DNA of 64,000 nt, from NCBI RefSeq assembly GCF_001194135.2, contig NC_068987.1, positions 80,860,752 to 80,924,751 on the forward strand. The letters run 5' to 3'. This document shows, piece after piece, positions 53,140 to 64,000 of this stretch. A model generated the notes under the pieces. The model had not been told where the DNA came from. It did no database searches and saw only the letters and a program-made list of their open reading frames with translations. Position numbers and translations under genes: made by a program. The stretch is from Octopus bimaculoides. Its lineage: Eukaryota. Position 1 is the stretch's first letter. Each line of letters begins with the position of its first letter.

Positions 53140-53830
53140 AAATGGTACACTCCTTCCCAAGTATTTGGGGGGGGGGGATGGCTTAGGCTGCTGCACTAAA
53201 ACAAAAGTGAGGATCACAGTAAAAAAAAAGACAGCACCTGTTTTTAAGCCCAAACAGAATGAGCCTTTTGCAGCATTGGACCAGGTCAATAAAGAACTAG
53301 AAAGACTATAAAGTCTAGCTATAATTGAAAAAGTCAACCATTCAGGCTGGGCAACTCTGGCAGATTATGTAAAGTAAAAAATGATAAACTAAGAGTTTAT
53401 TATTTAAGACTTCATTATAAACTAAGAGTTTATTATTTAAGACTTTATCATAAACTAAGAGTGTGTGGACTTTTCAATTGGATTAAATGACTGTTTAGTC
53501 GAACACAATTATCCATTACCAAGCCCATAAGAAGTGTTCTCAAAACTAAATGGAGGAAAAATTTTCTCGAAGTTAGACCTCTCGGAGGCCTATCTACAGG
53601 TAGAGGAAGATTGCACACACCTTTCAACAATCAACACACACCATGGATTGTATAAATTCAAGTGGCTTTCTTTTGGAGTAAAAGTGATGCACAATTGCTT
53701 ATCTCAATGATATTTTGATAAAGAGTGAGACAGCGGAGCAACACTTCGAACATATTAAATAAAATATTCAGAAAAGTAAATGAATATATGAATATGGACT
53801 TAGATTAACAGAGGAAAAGTTTGAATTTTT
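53140..53830 (+). mobile_element. Decayed Ty3/Gypsy LTR retrotransposon RT fragment
   Basis: PVFKPKQNEPFAALDQVNKELERL, KLRVC.DFSIGLNDCL, YPLPSP*EVFSKLNGG, FSKLDLSEAYLQV and TINTHHGLYKF..L.FGV. It contains a 33-bp tandem duplication at about 53382-53460 and is broken by (AG)n. Confidence 0.85.
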
Positions 53831-53844
53831 TGATGGATAAAATC

Positions 53845-53966
<122 letters not shown>

Positions 53967-54216
53967 AAATGTCCTACCTATTTGAAGACTAAGGAAATAT
54001 TTACAAAACATTTCATTTAATTTTTTCTTCAATTTAATTGGGGTTTTTTTTCAATTCGTATCCACTTTTGTTTTACTCTTAGTTGAAAAAGTCGAAAAGA
54101 CTGAAACCAATACGAACCGTTATAAAATGTATTCCATGATAAAATTATTTTAGCATTTTCTACCTTGTCTTATTTTCCTTATACATATCAACTCATGTGT
54201 CACTTTTCAACATTCT

Positions 54217-54248
<32 letters not shown>

Positions 54249-57200
54249 GTATGTATAATATGTATAAATATACACACATATAGACAGCTGCTACTTGTGT
54301 GTGTATCTGAGTATTCATTTATGTGCGTACATGTACTCATTCTCCTTTTGTCAATGTATATCAGAGAAAGATGAAAACAAAGCAAGGAAGCCAAAAAGAC
54401 TAGTACTTTTGAAAGATGTCTCTTGTGATACTTATTCTCGGCATTCCTTTGTCATTAATGACATAAATAATGCAGCAAACCAATGACTGACACATCGGAA
54501 ACTTGTAACCAACAATGCCCATCACTAGCAATATAAAATAAAATAAATGAATCAAAACCATAAAGTGAAGCTACATCTTATCTGAATTAGTTTCTGTATA
54601 TGATCCAGTCTTATTTATATGGATATCTGAATGATGAAAGAATTTGACTATCTGTATATGGTTTCCAAGTTAACCATTTCATAATTATAGTTTGAATTAA
54701 AAATCTGGACGAAGGGTTTTAACCCCTTTCTGACCATATTTCTTATGAAATACATCATTTAAATCAAAGATAGCAGCAGGTGAACTGTGGCCAACAAGAA
54801 GACCTCAGAGGTGTTTGCTGTGAAGCATGAATTTTTTAATAACTTTTTTCAGCATTTTTCCAGCTATTGTCACCCACTCTCATAGGATGTGGAGAGGCCA
54901 TGTGTTTCCTGTATAGCAAGAAACCTGGGTTTGTCTATCACAGCTTAGCCTTTCAACACCTTGCACAAGAACTTACTTCCTCTTTCTCAAATACACTCTC
55001 ATTCAGTTAAGGGGGGCTTTTTTTCATTTCTTTGGAGGAAGTTGGGGAGGTGGCTTTACACCCAGTACTGAGAGGCTGAAGTATGACAGAAGGATAAGGA
55101 CAAGTGTCTGGCTATAGAGGATACATGGCTACACCACATTATAAGAGCAGGTAGCACATGTTTTCTTTATGCATTATCATATATATAAAAATAGCTACAT
55201 GTATCCCTTTCTTTCTACTATCAACAATGTTCATCATTCTCATCATCATCGTTGTTTAATGTCTGCTTTCCATGCTGGCATGGGTTGGATGGTTTGACTG
55301 AGGGCTGGCAAGCCAGAAGGCTGCACCAGGCTCCAATCTGATCTGGCAGAATCTCTACAGCTGGATACCGTTCCTAACGCCAACCACTCCGAGAGTGTAG
55401 AGGGTGCTTTTTACATGCCACCAGCACAAGGGCCAGTCAGGCGGTACTGGCATGGACCATGCTTGAATGGTGCTTTTTACATGCCACCAGCATGGTAGCC
55501 AGTCAGGTGGTACTGGCAACAATCACACTCGAGTGGTGCTTTTTACATGCCACCAGCACAGGACCAGTCAGCTGGCACTGGCATCAACCACGCTTGAATG
55601 GTGCTTTTTCTGTGTCACCAGCATGAGAGCCAGTCAGGTTGATGCCAGTGGTACTGGCTAGTGGTAGATGCCAGTGGTACTGGCATCAACCACACTTGAA
55701 TGGCACTGTTTATGTGCTGTAAGCGAAACCTACACAGTCACCCAAAAGACTACCTAAATGCTATCAGCAATTCAATGCCCCCCAAATTCATTAAATTCTA
55801 AATATTGTTAGAAAAGCTCTAAGCCCCTCAAATTACACCTTCATAGTCCATCTACTGCTGACCTTTCACCTATACAGTCAATGTATTTCATAGGAAATAT
55901 TGTCATGAAGGAGTTAAAACCACCCTCCTTAATTTTATATGAGAATTGTTATGTTTAAAGTACAAATAAAAACGAAAAAGTTGTTTTACAAGAAGCAGCA
56001 CTAAAAGAGTAAAACAGAGCACAGCCATGAAAGATATTATCTCTGAATGAATACTGCAGTAAATTTACTTTTCAACATTTACATTGAATATGATATATAG
56101 ATGACTATTTTAATGTAATGCTACTTCTGTTGCATATAATGGATTAAAAGGTTAATGTTAATTTGATTATTTTAAATGAGAGGTTTTGTAACACAAACCT
56201 AAATGATGTCTAAGGCAGGATGATATCAGAAGGGTTAAATCAACAGGAGGTATGTATTTCCTTGTGCCTAGACACTTTAATTCTATTTGCCTCAGTTTCA
56301 TTATCTTTTCTCATCTCATTAGTATTCATCAACTATCAACAAGAGGCTAGACAAAGTCTAAGGCCAAACAATCTATAATTTCTTGATTCATATTCTCTCC
56401 ATTTTAAAGCAAAGTTTTATTCTAGAAGCAAATAAGCCACTTATATCTATATAGATACATCTGTACATACATATGTGTGTATGTGTCTATGTACACATAC
56501 ATCCAACAAGCAATCACTCATTTCTGCTCCAGCTTCTCAACTCTCACACTAGATTTTCCTTTCATCAGGTCAACATTCGTGTAGCAATTCATTTGTATGT
56601 TGTTTTGTTTTCTTTTAAATATTATTACATGATTATATTCACTTATAAATAACTGTTTTCCCTTTTAGAGAGCAGAACTATACAGTTCATGTTATAAAGC
56701 ACACAACTATTCCACTTACGTGGAATACAGAAGAAAAACCCCAAACAAAATGGATAAATTAGCTTATTCATCAAACTGATTCTAACAAATATGAATCTCC
56801 AATGTTGGTATAATTCTTTAATAATGTAAAATCTATTGTGTGTACACACCATCATCATTTTATGTCCATTTTCCGTGCTGATATTGGTAGGATGGTTGAC
56901 ACATTTGGTGCCAGCTCCTATTTGAAATTACTAACATTCTAGACAAGTTGGGGAATCATGTCTCATTTGCATGAGGAATGACTGTGTGAAAAGCTTGCTT
57001 CTCAACCATAAAGACTTGGGTTCAATCCCATAGTACAGCACCTAGAGAAAGTGTTTTCTACTAGAGCCCTGTGCCAACCATAGCTCTGAGTGAATTCAAC
57101 AGACGGAAACTGAAAGTCGTTGTGTGTGCGTGTGTGTGTGCATGCATGTGTGCACGTGTGCGAGTGTCTGTGTATGTATCTGTGTGTGTCCTTATCTAGA

Positions 57201-58800
57201 TATCCAGTTAAGATTGTAAATGTGCATCATTGTCATAGATGTGAGAATGTTCATTTGCAGTGTTCTGTGAAAAACATGTCAGTTCTGGAAAATATTAACT
57301 TTCTTAGAAACAGGTGAAGATTGGCGATAGGAAAGGCATCTGACTGCAGAAAATCTGCCTCAACAAATTCCATCTGATCCAGGCAAGCATCCAAAAGTGT
57401 ATTCTTTTATTCATTAACTTGTTGCAGTCATTTGACTGTGGCCATGCTGGAGCTCCACTTTTAGTCGAATGAATCAACCCCAGGATTTATTCAGTCTAAG
57501 CCTAGTACTTATTCTATTGGTCACTTTTTGCCAAACCGCTAAGTTACGGGGACATAAATACACCAACATCGATTGTCAAGCAATGTTGGTGGGGCAAACA
57601 CAGACACGCAAACACATACACACGTATACATATACTTCCAGTTTCCATCTATCAAATCCACTCACAAGGTTTTGGTCAGCCCAAGGCCATAGTAGGCACT
57701 TGCCCAAGGTGCCATGCAGTGGGACTGAACCCAGAACCATGTGGTTGGTAAGCTACTTACCACACAGCCACAACTGTGTCTGTATGTTAAACAATGATGA
57801 TGATGATATGATGATGATGATGATGATGATGATGAGAATGAGGATGAAGATGATGATGATGATGATGAGGAGGAGGAGGCAGTAATCTGGGAAAGAATGA
57901 AGGGCTACAGGATAGCAATAGAGACGGGTAGTAGTAAGAGAGAGAGCAAGGGAGGCATAACAACCAAGATGAGTGATGAGTGTCAACGAAGAGTGATATA
58001 AGGAAGAGAGAGAGAGAGAGAAAGTGACATCTAACTATATTTTGTTACACAGATGTCAAAAAAGGTAGAGAAGCAGAGTGATAAAGGGTGGTTGAGGTGG
58101 CATCAATCAGGGTAGGGAGGAATAGAATATGGAGAGATCCATGGCCATCCCTTTTTAAACAGACAACAAAGTACAATGGAAAAGAGGACGGATGAGTCAT
58201 AGTTGAGAGAATAATGAAGAGGAAAGCATGTGGAGATTGAACAGGAATACAATATAATGGAGAAGGAACTCCAAAATACTTATATCATTCATCTCAACCT
58301 CCATCACTACCACCATTTTAAATTATTGTTTTGTCATGCTTGCACATGTGGGTAAGTTTTCCTGAGCACCATGTATGACCATACTTGACAGTTCTTTGTC
58401 ATCTCTTTCCTGAGATTCATGTTCCCCTAATCATCCTTCACCCCTTCATTGTGGAGGTGTGTGGCTTATAAGATTTTATTGCTAAAATTAATCTGCAATA
58501 AACTGGTTATACATCTATAATTCACAAAATATTTTAACTATTTTTTTTTATATGCAATTCCTAATAATATTTAATTGCAAAAAATATCAAATGATTATGA
58601 AGGTCAACACAAGTAAAACAAGAATCAAAGGGGTCCATAGCTAATAATGGTTGAGAACCATTGATCTATAATATCTTATGGATATACCATAAGCATTTCG
58701 TACTAACTCCTTTTCTGCATATCGGTCATGGCCATTTCCTTTATGGTTGTAGGGTCTTATTTTCTTTCCTACTTAACTCCAGTCTTTACTTGTCTTTCAG

Positions 58801-58905
58801 ACAATATTCCAACTATAAGAGAATCAATTATAAATTTAATACCAAAACTTATAAATCAATATCTATTTGAAAACCAAATAACTCGTATTTTTAAGAACAG
58901 TTTTA
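58801..58905 (+). CDS. Candidate 105-bp symmetric (phase 1/1) exon
   Basis: Acceptor tttacttgtctttcag and donor |gtaagt. Open frame (D)NIPTIRESIINLIPKLINQYLFENQITRIFKNSF. Composition is like background and no homolog is recognised. Confidence 0.3.
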
Positions 58906-61900
58906 GTAAGTAATGCAATTACTTCTAAAGTTAAGGAATAAAAAGGTGTACAGCCAAAGTGAATAAAAATATCTCTTGGCAACAGAGTAAAGGAAGTTTG
59001 AAAATAGATCTCCATCTGCTGTCTCATTTATCACTACAAACAGACCTTTGCTTTGTTTTGTCAAGTCAACAGAATGCACTTGACCACAAATTTTATTTCC
59101 TTGTCTCTATTACAATCCCAAAAATGCTATTCATGAGAAAGTAAAAAAAAAAAAAAATAAAATAAAATAAAATAAAATATATATATATATAAAGAACTGT
59201 TTATCCACTAGCATTTAGCTATAATATATTTACATTTCCCTAGTCTGCTGGACTGACTGACTGTGATGTATTTCTCCTACTATTGCATTCTTTCATTAAA
59301 ATCAAAGATAGTCAGATTCAACTCCTTCCTTTATCACTAAAGCACCACACAATGTATAGATTCTAACATTATATTGATTGCATCAATGTTTTATATTACA
59401 ATTCTTACTGCCAACTCATTTAAATTCTTTACTTTTTTTTTTTTTTTTTTTTCACAGACAAGTTATTCAGTTAGTTGTATTAATTGGCTCGTTATAAAAT
59501 TGAATACTTCATTTATTACTCATCCATGAAATCTATCTTCTTCCAAGAGGGTATCCAGAAATGGAAATTAAGGAAATTAAATGCTAAGGGTCAGTTAGGT
59601 TATCATATTGTTAAAACTTGCTTCTTAAAGGGTCTATAATTGTAGATGACATTAAAAAGCTTCTGTTGAATTGAAGTCTACATTAGCAGAAAATGAAATC
59701 CTAAGTTAAGTATAGTAATGAATCTGGCAACAACTCGGGAGAGAGAGAGAGAGAAAGGAGAGGTGGGGATGAGGGGTGACTAACAGCCAAAGCAAAGTAA
59801 TTGACTTAATCCAAAATTGAGACAAGATAACCTCCAATGAGGAAGCATCCACGGGGTCATTCGATCAGCTAGAAATAGCACCTAAATCTTTATCTAATTA
59901 TACTAAATTATAGCAAGTGTGGTTGTATGATAAAAAGTTTGCTTCTAAACCACATGGTTCTTGGTTCAGTCTTACTGTATGGTACCTCAGTAAATATCTT
60001 CTACTAGAGTCACAGGTCAGCCAAAGACTTGAGTGTAGATTTGGCAGCTGAAAACTGAAAGAAGTCATCTCTCTTTCTATATATATGTGTGTGTATGTGT
60101 CTTTAATTGTATTTGCCCCACCATCACCACTTCATAACCAGCGTAGATATGTTTATACCCCTATAACTTGGCAGTTTCGCATCAGAGACCAATAGAATAA
60201 GTACCAGATTTTAAAAAAAAGAAATAGTACTGGGGTTGATTTGCTTGACTAAAACTCTTCAAAGCAATGCCCCAGCCTGGACGCACTTCAACGACTTAAA
60301 CAAGTAAAAGCATAAAAGAAACCATCTTAAAAAAAAGTACAAGTTGGTTTACATGGTTTTGGTTTCACTAATTGTTTGGTTCAATCACCAGGCCATTTTG
60401 GTGAATACCACAGAATATAGCTGGCGTTATTTTAGAAATCACAAGAAACACAGAAACACTGAGGAAGTATAAATTTGAGGTAGAAACAGTAACTTATCAA
60501 CATCATCATCATCATCATTATATTACTGTCCACTCGTCCATGCTTTCATGGGTTGGATGGTGTATACTTTGAGGTTGGTTTTCTATGGCCAGATGCCCTT
60601 CCTGTGGCTAACCTTTACCTGTTTCCAGGCAAGGTAATATTTCCAAGTGACCAAACATTTTGCAGAATATTGGGAATGGATGATGTTCATTTACAGCAAT
60701 CACGTGATGTCAAGATAATTACAAGGTGGCAAGCTAGCAGAAATGTTAGCATGCCAGGCAAGATGCTTAGCGATATTTCGTCTGTCTTTATGTTCTGAGT
60801 TAAAATTCCACCGAGGTTGACTTTACCTTTCATCCTTTCAGGGTTGATAAATTAAGTACCAGTTGTGTACTGGGATCAATCTAATCAACTGGTCCTCTTC
60901 CCAGAAGGGAACCAGTTGATTAGATTGAGCCTAGAGCAGAAAAGAATATCTCTTTAAGGCGGCGAGCTGGCAGAAACATTAGCATGCCAGGCGAAATGCT
61001 TAGTGGTATTTCGTTTGATTACGTTCTGAGTTCAAAATCCGCCATGGTCGACTTTGCCTTTCATCCTTTTGGGATTGATAAAATTAAGTACCAGTTGAGT
61101 AAAGGGGGCGATCTAATCAACTGGTCCACTCTCCAAAAATTTCGGGCCTTGTGCCTAGAGTAGTAAAGAATATTGTCAATAATTACACACACATACACAT
61201 CATCATCATCATCATCATCGTTTAACGTCCGCTTTCCATGCTAGCATGGGTTGGACGATTTGACTGAGGACTGGTGAAACCGGATGGCAACACCAGGCTC
61301 CAGTCTGATTTGGCAGAGTTTCTACAGCTGGATGCCCTTCCTAACGCCAACCACTCAGAGAGTGTAGTGGGTGCTTTTACGTGTCACCCGCACGAAAACG
61401 GCCACGCTCGAAATGGTGTCTTTTATGTGCCACCCGCACAAGCCAGTCCAGGGGCACTGGCAACGATCTCGCTCGAAAATCCTACAGGAGCCAGTCAGGC
61501 GGTACTGGCAACGGCCACGCTCAAAATGGTGCATCTCATGTGCCACCCGCACAAGAACCAGTCCAGGGGCACTGGCAACGATCTTACTTGGCTTGCCGGG
61601 TCTTCTCACGCACATATATAATATATATACAAAACAGGCTTCCACACAGTTTTTATTTATGAAATTCACTCACAGGGTTGATTTAGGACTTGTCCAAGGT
61701 GTCAAGAATGGTTCATATGCATGACCCTTTTTTTTTTTTTTTGAAATCTCTGACACTGATGGAAAAAAAGACAGATGTTATTTTCAGACTAGTAACCTGC
61801 CAGATACTTGCAACAAAGTGGAGTCTGCTAAAGGCTCCAAAGAGCCAAGTGATGGTGTTAAACTGGACAATAAATTGAGACAATTACCCATGAACAATCC

Positions 61901-62009
61901 TTTCAACGGGCATCCACAGTTTGTGTCAGGCAAATTTCTTTTATAAGTTTTTGGCTGATCTGAGACTATGGTAAAAAATATTTGTCAAACATGACATACA
62001 GTTAGGTTA

Positions 62010-62222
62010 GAAGACGTGGCTGGCAACGATAAAGGCAGATGTGAAAGAACAATTGAGTCTTTGCATCTGTGTTTTTTGGCAGTAGAACTGGGAGTGGGTG
62101 TCCATTACAGCCTCAACTGCAGCCAACCTTCGGATGCAGTCTGCATTCCTAAGTGAAGTGGCAAACTCATTGGTGGGAACCTGCTCCACCCACCCAGGTG
62201 AATGCAGCCACAAGTACATATT
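62010..62222 (+). mobile_element. 3' end of a second RTE family (SR/BovB-like C-terminus)
   Basis: KTWLATIKADV...NW...AAN...FLSEVANSLVGTCSTHPG is followed by gaatgcagccacaagtac, resembling the ST.PG*MP.QV end of RTE elements. Confidence 0.6.
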
Positions 62223-63048
62223 AGTAGTAAATTACACTGAAGTGAAATAGCATAGTTTTAAAATGAATTTCTTAACCACACAGCCATATCTAAGTACTCA
62301 ACTTGTCTCTTTCTATATCAACAAACTGATCACTATATAACCTCCAAATGTGGAATTTTACTGATTAAAAAGGTAAAGATTCAATTGAAAAGAAAAAGGA
62401 ATTTAATTGGTGGGAATCAACCTGCAAAAATTCCAAACAAACGAAATCATTTAACAGAGAATCCTGAACAATACTTGGCATCACTTTGTATTCTAATAGT
62501 TAATTAGAAGCTTTATATCAGCAGAACTTTAAACCTCTTTTAAAACCAACTTGTCTGAAACTACTCATTGTAAAGTGTTTAAATTTGAATGAAAATATCG
62601 ATTGAAATTTCATTATAACTTGAATGATATTGTGAGCTCTGTTAGTCAACAGCAATATCGTATATCAAATACATGTTATAGATATTTTATTAAACCTATC
62701 CAAATTCTTGATTATATCAAAAATTAATTCAAATAGAGGCAGTCTACTCATAGGAAAGGTAATCATAGAAGGGTTAAATGCAATAAACCAGATGAGAAAT
62801 TTTGTGTAAATGAACTTCAGAGGCAGACATATTGACTAACATCATAGCATAAATTAGAAATGGCAGCATTAGGTAAAGCTGTGTGATAAGAAGCTTGCAT
62901 CCCAACCGCATGGCTCCAGGTTCAGTCCCACTGCATAGCACCTTCAGCAAGTGCCTTCCACTATAGCCTTGGGTCAACCAAAGTCTTGTGAGTGGATTTG
63001 GTGGATTGAAACTGAAAGAAGCCTGTTATCATGATCATCATCATCATC

Positions 63049-63101
<53 letters not shown>

Positions 63102-63959
63102 NNNNNNNNNNNNNNNNNNNNNNNNNNNNNNNNNNNNNNNNNNNNNNNNNNNNNNNNNNNNNNNNNNNNNNNNNNNNNNNNNNNNNNNNNNNNNNNNNNN
63201 NNNNNNNNNNNNNNNNNNNNNNNNNNNNNNNNNNNNNNNNNNNNNNNNNNNNNNNNNNNNNNNNNNNNNNNNNNNNNNNNNNNNNNNNNNNNNNNNNNNN
63301 NNNNNNNNNNNNNNNNNNNNNNNATATATATATATATATATATATACACTCTCGATTCTTGGAGTGGTTGGCATTAGGAAGGGCATCCAACTGTAGAAAC
63401 TCTGCCAAATCAGATTGGAGCTTGGTGTAGCCATCTGATTTCACCAGTCCTCAGTCAAACCATCCAACCTATGCCAGCATAGAAAGCAAACGTTAAACGA
63501 TGATGATGATAATATACACATGTGTGTCTGTGTGTGAATATTTTTGTGTCTGTGTTTGTCCTCCACCACTGCTTGACAACCAGCATCAGTGTGTTTATGT
63601 CACCATAACTTAGCAGTTCGGCATAGGTGACTGATAGAATAAGTACCAGGCTTTAAGAAGATGAGTGCATTCAACTAAAAAGAAATTCTTCAAGGCAGTG
63701 CCCCAGCATGGCCCCAGTCTAATGGCTGAAACAAATAAAAGACAAAAATATATATACACAGACATACATGTACATTCACACACACTCATTATGTATTAAG
63801 GTTATTTCTATAGATACTCTATAGAAATTATAGCTAACACTGATATTTGCTACAATGTTTCATATACAAGACATCAGATGTGAACAATGAGATGGAAGTT
63901 GAAAAGCAGGTAATGGGCGTATATGCCATATTTCGGAATGTTTGGCCTACAAGTCAATT

Positions 63960-64000
<41 letters not shown>

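Noticed and set aside
55380-55710. Repeat arrays superficially like CRISPR
   Set aside because: They are contiguous diverged units in a LINE 3'UTR with no unique spacers and no cas genes, in a eukaryotic context.
56540-56580. CTGATGA-AAG-GAAA on the minus strand (a similar CTGAAGA-GACT-GAAA lies near 45660-45690)
   Set aside because: 56540-56580 has no stem I partner, and neither site has a correctly placed UH.

Overview
AT-rich, microsatellite-dense eukaryotic draft sequence with seven N-gaps. The repeat families resemble those I recall from octopus/coleoid cephalopod genomes; this taxon call is inferred and not checked against a database. Most of the window is intronic or intergenic DNA built from tRNA-derived SINEs, RTE LINE 3' ends and MITEs. 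It also holds decayed L1-like, RTE, Gypsy, Tc1/mariner and Penelope-like (PLE) fragments. One host exon is confidently recognised: a 142-bp minus-strand exon of TCEANC2 (6038-6179). A few other candidate exons are weak. Most ORFs in the supplied track are artefacts of microsatellites, SINEs or N-runs. The most interesting signal is a set of unrelated hammerhead-ribozyme (HHR)-like motifs between 30.9 and 42.8 kb. One lies just downstream of a Penelope GIY-YIG ORF and lacks exactly its cleavage dinucleotide, and one has an atypical 3-nt-expanded core. Also notable are a PHD-like zinc finger inside an RTE reverse transcriptase and modular, reciprocally nested SINEs. All alignments and folds were done by eye.
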